Source of the DNA: Octopus sinensis
Lineage: Eukaryota
Direction of reading: 5' to 3'
Assembly (NCBI RefSeq): GCF_006345805.1
Contig: NC_042997.1
Span: 11,904,001 to 11,968,000, forward strand
DNA length: 64,000 nt
The stretch's first letter is position 1. Each line of letters begins with the position of its first letter. Made by a program: the position numbers and the translations under genes. Below, piece after piece: positions 1-13,925 of the stretch. The notes beneath the pieces are model-generated. The model was not told the origin of the DNA and ran no database searches. It was given only the letters and a program-made list of their open reading frames with translations.

Positions 1-700
1 AGCCTGGCTATAAGAGCTACAGGTTTCTGCATAAGAGTTTCCACAATATTTGAAGAGCCTTTCTGTATTCACCGCGCAACTAATCACCACAATGTTGTAG
101 AAGTTTGCTCACTGTTCGGTATAGCAATATTTGACTGTTGTATTTACATCGGGTTTTTAATTATATTGGAATGCTTAATCGGTATAATTTATCTTTAAAG
201 GCTCGGTCACGTCCTTTTTCTGATGTGACTTTGGTGTAGCAGTTAGAATAATCGCTGCTGCCAATAACATTCTGGGTCGTTTTAGAAGCAATGTTGCGTT
301 TCATAGGAAGGTAGTATTTGGTGAAATTTTGGGACAGCCGCTTATGCTATGACTGATACCTGCCACACCTGTATGGCAAAATGGACACTGTCTTTTACAG
401 CGTTGTTGTTCTGGTGTTTAGCTGTTATTCCCTGTTCTTGGATAGCAAAAGCATACCCTTCTTGATGGCATGTGATGTATTTATTGTATGTCCAGGAGAG
501 GCTACTCGTCCTATTGGCGCTGTTACCATTCTCTAGCTTGTATGATATGCGCCCATGTTTAATTTTCTGGTAAGTATTTCTATTCCAATTTTCTGTTTAA
601 GCTTGTCAGGGCAGACACACTTGGTTGACATAGCGCTTCTATTCTCCCCGAGGAATTTTTCAGGTCATTGCCTTATTTTATGGTGTTATTTCATTCACTG
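1..700 (-). mobile_element. Decayed RLE-type non-LTR retrotransposon 3' region (R4/Dong-like)
   Basis: Minus-strand translation across frameshifts gives YQKIKHG...SWTYNKYITCHQEGYAFAIQEQ (about 430-600), then CPFC..HSISGCPK (CCHC knuckle) and YYLPMKRNIASKT. Contains stops and frameshifts and runs off the window start. Confidence 0.75.
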
Positions 701-1004
701 TGGAGTATACATGTGAAGTACTCACTCATCTCATTCTTGTTCAGTAGATGTTCTCAAGGATCGTATGTATGCATGTATGAAAATATATATGGCTCCCACC
801 TGGCAATTTCTATGTCTTAAAATGGTAAAAGTCCAATCTTTCTGCTGATTTCACGGCTGTACTGCCATCGGAAGGTTACTTTCTTATATATATATGCATC
901 TATCTATCTACCTATCTATTTATCTATCTATCTATCTATCTATCTATATATATATATATATAATATATATATATATATTATATATATAATATATATATAT
1001 ATAT

Positions 1005-1200
1005 ATATTTCGAGAGAAGATTTTTTTTCTCAAAGAGTGTAGATTGAGAACTGAACCTTTTTAGAAAGTCGAAAAGCACTAACCTTTGGGAAGAGATATC
1101 ACGAAATGTGTGTGGCTCCAAGATTAGTGCCTTTTGACGTTCTAAAAAGGTTCCTTTCTCAATCTTAACTCTTTCAGATAAAAATGTTCTCTCCAAATAT
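1005..1200. repeat. Imperfect inverted repeat / hairpin (about 85-bp arms)
   Basis: 1005-1090 aligns to the reverse complement of 1118-1200 (for example gaacctttttagaa / ttctaaaaaggttc). (TA)n lies on both sides. Confidence 0.8.
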
Positions 1201-1245
1201 AACTATATTAAGGAATTTCTGAAACACTCCGACTATATATATATA

Positions 1246-1305
<60 letters not shown>

Positions 1306-1656
1306 TATGTTTCTTTACTGGCTACACATGGCTGAACACAGGGGGGTCAAAATATAAAGTAGAGCTTCTCTTTTGGAGAAGGAGAAGTGTTTTTTTTTAT
1401 TGGTGTATTGACCCTGCCAAAACACAAAATTTGTTTCATCGCACAAATTCACCATCTTGCCTATAGATGCACGGACACATATACTTAAACATATAGAATC
1501 ACACGCATACATACACACATATATATGCATGCATATTTTTTGTATGTGTGCAGACGTATACACATACGTATATGCATATATACATATATATATATTTAGG
1601 TATAATAAGAACAATGGATATACAGATTTATGTTTATATATATGTATGTATATGTA

Positions 1657-1693
<37 letters not shown>

Positions 1694-1718
1694 ATATAGA
1701 TGCATATATATGTATATA

Positions 1719-1749
<31 letters not shown>

Positions 1750-2142
1750 GGGAGAGAGAGAGAGAGAGACAAACATGGAGATGCATAGAAAAATACATGC
1801 ATACGCTCCCATATGAAATGTTTTGACATGTTTTTGTGATATATATATGTAATTTTATAAGCATACAATTCTGTATGAGTGTATATATATATGCTAGTTG
1901 CAAACATATGTGCTTTCACATACATGTAAAAAATAACACCAATGTTTGGGGACATAGAAGAGGGAAAGAGATGATAAAGGAAAGGAAGGAGAGAAAATGA
2001 AGCCCTAATGGAAAAGTAAATAGAGAAATATATACATATATAGATATATACATAGACAATGCAGACACACAGGTATATACTATTTCAGTTTTTGTATATT
2101 TCTATCGATACACATGTATTTGTGTGCGTAGATGTCTATGTA

Positions 2143-2191
<49 letters not shown>

Positions 2192-3146
2192 GTATATGCT
2201 CTGTGTGTGTGTGTATACAGAGTCGTGTATATACAGATAGGATAGAGAGATAAACATATATGGTACACACAACCGTAGTCATGCACACTTCGATGGCAGA
2301 AGAAAAAGGTAATATAAAGAAATAAGACACGGGAATAAGAAGAAAGGAAGTCAAAATCCTAACCTGATATAAGAAAAATAATAAAAGAAATAATGAAAAA
2401 AAGAATAAAAGATTATTTTATTGTATTTTTTTTTGTGGGGACCAAAATCAATTTGCCCAATTTATTGTGATGAAGGGCAACAAAAAATAACTATGCGAAA
2501 TCAATGATAAGAACAAAATATAGACCAAAAACGAAAAACGAAAACGAAAAGGAAATGACTGCTAGCTGGGAAACCAGCAACATCAACGTTAACATCAACA
2601 GGGCTTTAAGTCAGGAGAAAAATATATCAAGTAAACATGGTAAGTGAAGAAATTTTCGAGAAAAGCAAATTGTAAAGGAAAGGGGGGGGGGCTTATCAAT
2701 CAAAATTAGACGGAAGTATAATAGTGAGTTTTTTTGTTTTTTTTTAATGTAGCGTAGTGTTTTGTATAGTGAGGATAAGTAATGGAGAGGCGATAATGAA
2801 TCCCGGCATATTTCAGCATTTACGCACACTTCACCACATGTACACGCGGACGCCATTCCACATGCACCCACTTACACATGCATACACGCATATATATATA
2901 TATATAAAAACGTACATATGTATGCATGTCTATATACATATATATATATATATACATATACACACATATATATATATGTATATACATATATTTATATACA
3001 TATATATGTGTGTGTGTGTGTCTGTGTGCATGTGTGTATATACGTGTACATATGTGTGTGTGTGTGTGTATGTACATATAAATGTACATAGCAAAATATT
3101 TATATAATCTATACGGAATGTTTAAATATATATATATATATGTATG

Positions 3147-3178
<32 letters not shown>

Positions 3179-3898
3179 AAAATATATATACATATGTATA
3201 TATATATATCGCCTCGTTACTAACTGCATCGAAATTGGAAATGGGATAAAAACAAAACGATATTAGTTACATGGAAGGGAGAAATCATAGAGAGAATTAA
3301 GTATAAGCACTAGCAGCAACGATAAAAACAAAAACAACACCAGGAGAAAAGAAACGAAACGAAGAAAATATAAAAACGTAAACGAGAAAACAATTAGTCA
3401 GAAAAAAGAAATAAAATGACACCGCTAGTCAGACACACGTAACCTCATATACACACTCTCATAGCCACTGCCATACATCATACACTCACACGCTACCACC
3501 CCTCACACACACATACGTACCGACACTTACACACACACACACACACACATAAATACACATATACATATACACATACATACGTATGCTCTGCTTACACTGG
3601 GAACAGATATGGCTAGGCTATATTGTATGTGTGTGCGTGTGTACGCGTGTGAATATGAATAAGTATGCAGTCATAGAAAGAGAAGTAGAGGAAGAGAGAA
3701 TCTATGTATGCAGGCACACACACACGTACACACATACACACACACACACACCACCACACTTTCATATATAGATATATATACACATATGTATATCTATATG
3801 TATGTGTATCTATATGTTAATACATATAGATTCATCTATACGTATGTAATATATATATGCACGTATGTATATGTATATGAATATGTATATATATATAG

Positions 3899-3941
<43 letters not shown>

Positions 3942-3957
3942 CATGTATGTATATATA

Positions 3958-3993
<36 letters not shown>

Positions 3994-4304
3994 ATATATA
4001 ATTATATATATATATATTATAATATGTATATATATATTTAATATATAGTAGAGAGAAAGAGAGAGAGAAACAGAGAGAATGAGAAAGACATAGGGTGAGA
4101 GAGAAGCAGAGACAGATGCATAAATAGTGTGATAGACAGAGATACGAACACCCACCACTGAGCACAGCCTTACATACACAGACTCTTATCCACAGAGTCA
4201 CAACCATTGTCTCCATTTTCTAAAAATGACTTTTTTTCATTTCTAGGACTTACATCGCGTGGACCTCCAATTTCTTATTCCTATAAGTGTTATTAATACT
4301 AATA

Positions 4305-4335
4305 ATATCATTACAACAACAACAACAACAACAAC

Positions 4336-4381
<46 letters not shown>

Positions 4382-4394
4382 GATGATGATAATA

Positions 4395-4441
<47 letters not shown>

Positions 4442-4482
4442 TAGTATTAATATTATTATTATTATTATTATCATCATCATCA

Positions 4483-4578
<96 letters not shown>
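4305..4578. repeat. Compound trinucleotide microsatellite (AAC/AAT then ATT/ATC)
   Basis: Directly visible; strand polarity switches from (AAT)n to (ATT)n near 4395. Confidence 0.95.
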
Positions 4579-4907
4579 CTGTATAAAATCTAACAGATAT
4601 ATTTTCTTTTTGCTAACTTAAGTCCCTAAATCTAGTAGTTTTTTCCTGGTACCGTGTGCATTATACATACATACACACATACATACATACATATGTACGT
4701 ACGTATGTGTGTGTTTGTGCGTATGTATGTTGTATGTATGTATCTATCTGTCTATTTATACACAACACACACACACATATAATAATATATATACATAAAG
4801 ATATATATATATATATATATATACATATACATTATATATATACGTACATATATATATACATATACATACATATATACATATATATATATATTAATAAAAT
4901 GAAATAA

Positions 4908-4952
<45 letters not shown>

Positions 4953-5075
4953 TTGAATAATCTTATTATTTGCTGTTTGTCTTTTCATAATTTATTATCT
5001 CCCCGCCTTAATGTCTTTCTTTCAAATTTGCCTATTTGCTTTTGTCTTCTTCGTATCATCATAATCATTATCATG

Positions 5076-5115
<40 letters not shown>

Positions 5116-5118
5116 GAA

Positions 5119-5176
<58 letters not shown>

Positions 5177-5586
5177 CATCATCATCATCATCATCATCAT
5201 TATTATTTTTGTTGTTATTATTGTTATGATTTCGGAGTAAACCGACAATATATCAATGCATATGTTTTTTTTTTTGTCTCTACGTGTATGTAAATGATAT
5301 TTTTCTTACCTGCATGCGTCAACGTGTGTATATGAGGAAGTGTTGTCATTACGTGTTCTATATGAGTGTATGTGTGTGTAAGTGTGTGTGTGCGTGTTTG
5401 TGTGTGTGTTTGTGTGTGTGTGTGTGTATGTGTTTGTGTGTGTGTGTGCGTGTGTGTGTGTGCGTGCGTGTGTCTGCGTGTTTAGAATGTGAACGAGGAT
5501 TTCGAGAGAAAAATATGAATGTTCTACATTCATCTATCCTGCTACTTACAGCACATCTATATATATATAAATGTATATGTGTATAT

Positions 5587-5636
<50 letters not shown>

Positions 5637-5715
5637 GGAAGCATAAAAATATAGATATATATTATATGTATGTATAATCTGCAGATGTATACATATTTAT
5701 ATGGATATATTTTTC

Positions 5716-5750
<35 letters not shown>

Positions 5751-6357
5751 CCATGTGTGTGTAGATATATACACATATTTTCTCAAAGATACACACACAC
5801 AGCCATTTATAAGTATATAAAATTTTATATATCTATCTCTCTATATGCTATTATATATATATATATATATACATATGTATATATCTGTGTAGTATGTACA
5901 ATTACATGTATATATATATATATATATATATAGTATATATATATTGGATATATGTTGTGTGTGTATGTGTGTGTGTATGTGTGTGTATCTAAATTATAAT
6001 ATATATATATATATAATATATAGATATATATCATATATATATTATATATATATACATACAATAGATATGCATACAAACATTGACACTCAGGCACACACGT
6101 ACTTATAAAACCTGGAAGTATTTATGCGTGTACTTCCCAGCAAACTCACACACATCAACCCTATGCTTGAAAGAGGCTTGGTGGAGATGTTTTATGTACT
6201 TGTATGCGCATATTTCTATCGGTACGCGTATGATATAGCTTTCATGTGTGTGCGTGCTTGTGTGAGTGCGCCTAAACGTTTTACTCGTATGTGCGTTTGT
6301 ATATGTATATGTATGTGTGAGTCTGTGTGAATATGTAATTGTAAGTGTGTGTGTTAG

Positions 6358-6390
<33 letters not shown>

Positions 6391-7044
6391 TGTGTGGTGT
6401 GTTTGTGTGTGTGTTTGTGTGTGTATACAGATGTTTTGTTTCGTTCGTTATTCTATCTTCCGTAATTCTGGATGGGCAATATCTCATTTTCCCAGCCATA
6501 ATCTGTTCATTATCCTATCATTATTTTCATATCTTTTCATTTATACATTTCTGCCTACTCTCTTCCCATTTTTCTTTTCTTCCTTGCTAATTTTTTCTTC
6601 TTAATCTGCCTCTTCTTTCATTCCCCTTCTCTTTTTTCTTCGTTCTATTTTTCTTTCATATTTTCCTTTCTGGTCATGTCTATTTGTTTTAATATCTTTA
6701 TTTCACCCATTCATCTTAACTTTGTCTTGATTTCTTTCGTTTTTATCTCGTACTAAATAACATTCTAAGTATCTATGCACACAATCTCTCTCCCTTTCTC
6801 TTTCTCTCTCCTTTTCTCTCTCTCTCTCTCGCTCTCTCTCTCTTTCACACACACAACCACACACGCACACACTAATACACTTGTGAGTATGTGTTTTTTG
6901 TGTCTTTGTGTGTGAATGAGTGTGTGTATACTTGTGTGTATGTGTCTATAAGTGTATTTGTGTGTGTGTGTGTGTGTTTTGTGTGTATAGATAAATGTTT
7001 TCTGAAACCACATGCTCACAATTTTCCTTCATAGCATTGTTAAC

Positions 7045-7111
<67 letters not shown>

Positions 7112-7570
7112 CATCATTATTATTGCTGTTGTTGTTTTTCTTGTTGTTACTATCATTATTATATACCAGTCGGTATATATAGTTTCCTAAAAAAAGTATT
7201 CACTAACGTTGTTCATGATGAAAATGTTGATGCTGCTGGTGATGATAAAAACATTATAAGAATACGTAACAGTCAATACCACAAAAGCTAAGTAGAACGT
7301 ATGTTCATGTGTATGTTCATGTGTGCGTGTGTGAATAAGTGTGTGTGTGTGCGCGCGCGCTCACACACACACACACACACATACACTCACACACACATAT
7401 TTGGTCTTTAGAATATTACTTTTTTGGAAGTGTAGTGACATGTGCGCACATTCATAAGGTGATACATATCGGTGTATACATGCGTATGCAGTGGTTTGCA
7501 CGTTTCTAAACGTAAGTGTGCGTGTATGTATGCATATATATGCGTATACATACATATATATATATATATT

Positions 7571-7618
<48 letters not shown>

Positions 7619-7653
7619 TATATATATATATATATATTATATGTATATGCATA

Positions 7654-7684
<31 letters not shown>

Positions 7685-8045
7685 CTATATATATATTAAT
7701 ATATATATATATAGATAAACATACAACGTACATGTATGTACATATGCATATAGAAAATCATTGAATATCAACCTTGCCTTACATCAGGCTAATGAGCTCT
7801 ACGTGATAGAAAGCGTGTATCTAACACGAAGTGCTCGTCTCAACGTTCCAGGCGACCTTCTAGGATATTATACTATAGTCTTCAAATAGTTTCCAAGTCT
7901 TTGACATTCAGGTAACTCCCTTTCAGAAAGATGAGGAACTGACGCTAGTGTTTTATTTTCCAGCGGCAACAACTTTTGTGATGGCATTTTCTCAATAGAA
8001 AAGTTGAAAAGAACTTAGGAAAGAAAAAGAAGTTTAAAAAATGCA

Positions 8046-8089
<44 letters not shown>

Positions 8090-8819
8090 ATATATATATG
8101 TACGTATGTATGTATATATATTATATATATATTATATATGTATATCTTGAATTATTTATTTGACCAATGCGTAATTTTCCTTTTATTATTTTTTTGTCGT
8201 TTAGTTATTCACATAAATAAAAGATACGTTTATGAGAGTTAAGTTGTAGATTTCCCCCTCTCGAATTTGTACGGCCATATTTTTAGTACATATGACGTCT
8301 CTTGTTTATTTTCGCAAACTTTCACTAATCCAAGTTGGCGGTTACGGTTTCAAGCGCAAGTCATAATGATATAAATATACACACATAAATCATTAATACT
8401 CTTTCGAATTGTTTAAATTTAGAACTTTTCTATTTCCCTATCTCTCGTGTTCTTTATCATTTTGTATAGATTTGAGGCTCTGAAATTACGCCATACATTA
8501 ACGTATAAGCTAGTTGAGAGTCTAGGTGAGGAAGTGATTTCGATTTCTGATTTAATCAAATGCATGTTATGCACCCGTGTAATGTTTATTTATTAAATAC
8601 AAAATATCTTTTTAAAGGAAATATACACACACAGGGACTTGCACATACATACCTCCCTGCGTCTCTATCACACGCATATATATCGAGAGAGAAGAGATTA
8701 TTTACTCTCGGTAAGTATTTACGGTCGATACTGTTTATGACACTAGCGCAGCTTCTATTTTATATTTGAACACACACACACAAATATTTATAGGATCCAA
8801 TCGCTAGCCTCTAAACCTT

Positions 8820-8990
8820 TTTTTTTTATTTTCTCGCCCTGTTTATTTCTGTGTTCCTTTTTGTCGAAGTGCGTAGGCTCGAAACGTAAAAGACTTTCTC
8901 ACTTCCCGAGCGTTAAACTAATACATCTGTTGGATGTTTACATGTTTACACATCCGTCTTCGTCTTTTGTCTTTTTGTAAATTCTCACTA
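8820..8990 (+). mobile_element. PLE terminal-repeat (pLTR-like) fragment with HHR-like motif
   Basis: Homologous to 29325-29465(-), which is the 3' end of the GIY-YIG PLE at 29465-30835, and to 48272-48370(-) and 57590-57730(+). Motif at 8857-8892: cttt-TTGTCGA-a-gtgc gtag gctc-GAAACGTA-aaag. Confidence 0.7.
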
Positions 8991-9068
8991 TATATATATA
9001 TCATTTTCATTTTATCCAGTTTCAGCTCACGAGCTGTGGTCATGCTGGGGGCCCCCCATAATTATATA

Positions 9069-9109
<41 letters not shown>

Positions 9110-9169
9110 ATATATATATCTATATATATTATATATATATAGATATATATATATATATATATAAAAAAC

Positions 9170-9385
9170 AGGTCAGGATAGAAAATGCTAAAATGATTTT
9201 ATAAAGAACATTTCAGTACCGGTTTTTCAGTCTTGAGACCTTTTCAACTGTAACAATTAAATAATTAAATTTAGAAAAATTAAGAGTAAAGTTTTTTAAT
9301 AGAATATTTGTATAGTGTTCAAATATAAGTGGCATTTTCCCTGTTTCTGCCTTTCTCTGTCTCTCTTGTTTACTCTTGCTTATGT
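9170..9385 (-). repeat. Dispersed repeat carrying a U3-A8 HHR-like motif (copy 1)
   Basis: Homologous to 17143-17345. Minus strand 9250-9214 reads cag-TTGAAAA-ggtc tcaa gact-GAAA(aa)CCGGT-A-ctg. Confidence 0.6.
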
Positions 9386-9575
9386 ACAGAGGGAGCGATA
9401 GGTGAATTGTTGCCATTTTATATCTTTAATATCATGCATGCGCATCATTTTTGATTTTGTCGACCACACTGTATAGTAGGGTCAGTTGGGCACTCTCTGT
9501 GATAGTAACAGTACCGTGATGCAATTTACTCTGCCAGATATTTGGAAACGACATGCTGTACTGATTGGCATTCGT

Positions 9576-9613
<38 letters not shown>

Positions 9614-9641
9614 CCAACACACACACCCACACATATATACA

Positions 9642-9686
<45 letters not shown>

Positions 9687-9879
9687 TATATATACATATA
9701 TACACATAAAGCTTCTTCCACGAAAAGATAGCTTAAACTGTGCTCTAAATGGAGGTGTAGTCAAATCCTATTTTATGAACTCAACCATATTCTAAAATAA
9801 GTCGAAAGACAGGAACTTTCCGGACAACCCAATATATATATATATATATATATTATATATTATATATATATATATGCAC

Positions 9880-9995
9880 AAGCTTCTTTCAGTTCCCGAC
9901 TACTATATCCAGTCACAAGGCTTTGGTTGGTCCAAAGTTATAGTAGAAGACACTTGCTCAAGGTGCCACGCAGCGGGACTGAATACGTGACCATT
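9880..9995 (-). mobile_element. tRNA-derived CORE-like SINE fragment (family B)
   Basis: Matches the copies at 12355-12512, 34487-34642, 50340-50487 and 55146-55300 (ccttgagcaagtgtcttctactata...gaaagaagc). Confidence 0.8.
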
Positions 9996-9997
9996 AT

Positions 9998-11060
9998 GTA
10001 TATTGTATAAAGTATCGTGGGTAAGGCCAGAGCAATGCGAAATAAATGCAAGGTAAATCACAGGAAAACAAATATATGAATTAATGTAGACTTACCTTGT
10101 TTTCAATATTTCGGGGTTAGGACACCATTTTCAAGAAATTAACTAATGTTGCTGATGTGTGTATGCGTGGTCGTATATGGAAAGATGTTGCTATAACAAC
10201 CAGTTAGCTTCCTGTAATTCTCTTCTGTTGTTGATCTTAGGTTTCTTTTGGTGTATGAGGATGGCCTCAGGGAATCTAAGGTTGTCCCTATTCCGCTGTG
10301 TTGCCTTGAGTTGCACTGTGAATTTCCGGATCTGGAATTTCCATAGATGTTTCTTCACGGATTTGTCTGCCTGAATGTGTTCCTTAATGCGTATATGCAG
10401 TTTTCTTGTGTTTCCTATATAGGATGTGCCACATTTGCCACAGATGATCTCGTATACAACATAGGTCCTCTCGCACAATAAGGTCATTAATGGGGTAGTT
10501 CGATAATGTGCACTCCTCGGAATAGTGAGAAGTGTTCTTCTTGGACAGAGCTTTTCTCAAGGAAGGGCCGGTGTGCACTATCTGTATGTCGAGTCCTTCG
10601 TGCGGACTGTATGTTGTATCGCATCAGTGGTTCTGTCAAGGTGGTAGCTTTAGAAAGCACATGTAAGAATTGGAAGTATGATGGTTTTTCCGGGCTATAT
10701 TGACCTTGATGTTCTTTAGGCGCCGTTGTTTGGCTAAAGATAGTGGGTAGCTATTGAGGGTTAAGTCTCTGAGGAACTGCTTGGTGTTGGCTGCTTTGTC
10801 AGTCATGTTGCTGCAATTGTTTATACGTGCAATCACGTTTCTCACGTACACAGCTTTGGCTCTGGCGGTTAAGGCTTATTGATAGTGAGCGAAAAGCTTT
10901 CTATTAGCGGCTTTTCTGTAGAATTTCGTAAATATGGAGACTTCATCTGAGATCTTGAGAGGATTCCAGATTCGTCTGGACATTCAATCTCGAATTTGAT
11001 GTTTATGTCAATGTTATTGAAGGTCCGGTGTATGTTAATGGCCTCATCCCTGGAGGAAGT
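9998..11060 (-). mobile_element. Penelope-like element, 5'-truncated and decayed (RT thumb + GIY-YIG endonuclease + terminal repeat)
   Basis: ORF 10191-10487 has VVYEIICGKCGTSYIGNTRKLHIRIKEH (GIY-YIG) and EAILIHQKKPKIN. Upstream frames give FNNIDINIKFEIE, TKFYRKAANRKLFAHY and LTLNSYP (PLE RT C-terminal region). Confidence 0.9.
10101..10138 (-). ncRNA. Minimal type I hammerhead ribozyme, U3-A8 variant
   Basis: tttc-TTGAAAA-tggtgtcctaacccc-GAAATAT-T-gaaa: stem I tttc/gaaa, palindromic stem III ATAT, AUU site. Lies about 50 nt downstream of the GIY-YIG stop codon. Confidence 0.65.
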
Positions 11061-11068
11061 CTTTGTAT

Positions 11069-11089
11069 ACTCACTGCTTCTCTCTCTCA

Positions 11090-11156
<67 letters not shown>

Positions 11157-11706
11157 GTGTAATCCCCACCACATACATTTTTATTACTTTTAGGGACACC
11201 GTATTTCGTTATGGAACCATAATATACTGTCAAATGCATTAAAGACTTGTGATTCAACACTATCCTACTTTTTGTGCTTGCGATTTAGTCATGTCCCCTA
11301 GGGACGAAGCCATTAACATACACCCGAAATACTGAATACAATGTAGGTCTACATTAATTCATATATTTGTTTTCTTGTGATTTACCTTGCATTTACTTCG
11401 CATTGTTTTGTCCTTACCCACGATCCTTTATACAATATATTCTACACAATTCCTCATAGTAACTATCCCATTATAAATATATATATATATTATATATATA
11501 TATGTTGACCTCGTGTGTACCGTTGGCGATTTTTTTTCCTCTGTCTTCCCTCTCTGGATCTTTCCTTCTCCATGTTCCGACGAAGAGCTCCGCTCGAAAC
11601 GTTAAACCTCCTCCTTCTTTCCTTCTTTCCTGAGCGTCAATAATACTATATTTGTTCCACGTACTCGCATTGTGTGTGTTTTTTTGTGCTTTCTGTTTGG
11701 ATTAAC

Positions 11707-11744
<38 letters not shown>

Positions 11745-12094
11745 ATATATATATATATGTACGAGCGTGTGTCAGCGTGTAAGATTAGTCGTGGTTTCTA
11801 GATGGTATTTGAATTGCAATTGGGAGAAAATGTACTCAAAGTCAATGAGAGTAGTGTAACACTATTTGTCGAAAACTGAATACCTTGAAGCTACGTCTAC
11901 GTATTCTCACTGCTTCTCTCTCTCACTCTCTCTTTTACTCACACACATACGTGTACACACCAACACACACACACACATACTTATTGCTTTTAGGGACAAC
12001 GCACTTCGTTTCGGAACCATAATATACTCTCAAATACATTAAAGATTTGTGATTCAACACTACCCATCTTTCAGTGCAGTCTTGCGATTTAGTC
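11069..12094 (+). repeat. Local direct repeat pair (11069-11290 and 11906-12094)
   Basis: Shared ctcactgcttctctctctcactctctc...ttttagggaca...ggaaccataatatact...gtgattcaacacta...cttgcgatttagtca. Confidence 0.85.
11506..11710 (+). mobile_element. About 200-bp pLTR-like repeat with HHR motif (family H1, copy 1)
   Basis: Homologous to 47652-47860, 61127-61333 and 16913-17005(-). Motif CCGACGA-a-gagc tcc gctc-GAAACGT-T-aaac at 11577-11607 (U4 mutated). Flanked by (TA)n. Confidence 0.8.
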
Positions 12095-12112
12095 ACTTTC
12101 AATTTATCTCTA

Positions 12113-12315
12113 TTTTACTCTTTACTCTTTTACTTGTATTCATCTGACTGTGGCCACGCTGGAGGACCGCCTTTAGTCGAGCAAATCCACCCCAGGACTT
12201 ATTCTTTGTAAGCCTAGTACTTATTCTATCGGGGTCTTTTGTTGAACCGCTAGTTGACGGGGACGTAAGCACACCAGCATCGCTTGTCAAGGGGGACAAA
12301 CACAGACACAGAAAC

Positions 12316-12358
<43 letters not shown>

Positions 12359-12512
12359 ACGGGCTTCTTTCAGTTTCCGTCTACCAAATCCACTCATAAG
12401 GCTTTGGTCGGCCCGAGGCTCTAGTAGAAGACACTTGCCCAAGGTGCCAAGCAGTGGGACTGAACCCGGAACGACGTGGCTGGTAAGCAAGCTACTTACC
12501 ACACAGCCACTT
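12113..12512 (-). mobile_element. Composite tRNA-derived SINE (family B head + microsatellite + 3' body with (AAAAGAGT)n tail)
   Basis: Same architecture as 50095-50487(-) and 55146-55590(+). Confidence 0.85.
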
Positions 12513-13072
12513 CTACGCCTGTACATGTTTTCTATAGAATTTTTAGCCAGAGTTGAATGTTACGATATAAGCAATGCGATCGCAAGATAGAAAAGTTGAT
12601 AATGGATGTATATGCATATTTTGGGAGTTGTTGCTTCTTTTTGACCACCACGTCCAACCCTTTAACCATCTATGCAGACATTGATTAAATAGCCACGACG
12701 TTTAGTAGTCTAACGCTACTAATAGACCAATTTACATATTAAACACACCGCTGTCAACTGATACATACATATCAAGCATTGGTAGGAACGCCACATTTCG
12801 TTTTGCATCCATATTGCGCTACCAAGTATAATAATGTTTGTAAGTCAGTACTGTGTTTTAGTGAAAACTAATTAAATAGCACAGCTTACGCAACAGGTAG
12901 AACAGCGTTTTCACTTATAAGCTGCTAAAAGTTATGCACACACATATCCATACATACATACATACATACATATATAATTTTTGTATATGTTTATTATTTT
13001 TTTGCAAAAAAACAATGTAATTTTCTTCTTTCCCCCTTCTCAATTATAAAATAAATTTTCTTTTCACCTTAC

Positions 13073-13114
13073 AATTCTTGAAAAGTTGCATTGCCACGAA
13101 AACCGGTTAGAATT
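13073..13114 (+). ncRNA. Minimal type I hammerhead ribozyme, U3-A8 variant
   Basis: aattc-TTGAAAA-gttgc att gccac-GAAAACCGGTT-A-gaatt: 5-bp stem I, 8-nt palindrome AACCGGTT as stem III, UUA site at 13109. Confidence 0.75.
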
Positions 13115-13360
13115 AATATTTAAAAAAAAAATTTATTTTCTATACACCCATGTTCATTAAAATTTAACTTCAATTTAGCATTCTGCCTTTTTATAATTTT
13201 TCCTTGCCTATCATTTCTCCACGTGCAGTCAACACAACCCCACTATTTATTGACTTATATATAAGTATATATATATATATATATATTTGGAAAGAGAGAT
13301 GAAGAAGAGAGGGGAAGAGAGAGAGGGGGGAAATGGAGAAAGAGAAAGACAGGGAGAGAG

Positions 13361-13401
<41 letters not shown>

Positions 13402-13756
13402 AAGAGAAAGAGAGCAATATTCAGATGTTTTTCTGGACATGGAATATTTTTCTTCAAGTCGCTATTGTGGGGAAAATGTTTGTGCATGATTATCTGATAT
13501 ATCCACAAATACACCTTTCATAACAGTACTGTTCTATGTTATCATCAGAGCGCAAGAATGCTACCAGAGCCATCCAGTCCGACCTTCTTAAAGTTCTTCC
13601 GATACATTACCATGAATTATTATTTTGTTTCCACAACCCAAAAGAGAGAAAGCAAAGGTGATTTCAGCGGAATTTGAAATCAGCACCATTTGTTGAAAAA
13701 TACCGCAAGGCATTCTATCCGATTCGCCAATCCGTCTGCCAATTCACCACGATTGC

Positions 13757-13925
<169 letters not shown>

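Noticed and set aside
13505-13550. Minus-strand CTGATGA-taaca...tgtta-t-GAAA
   Set aside because: Stem II forms, but stems I and III and an NUH site do not; likely chance.
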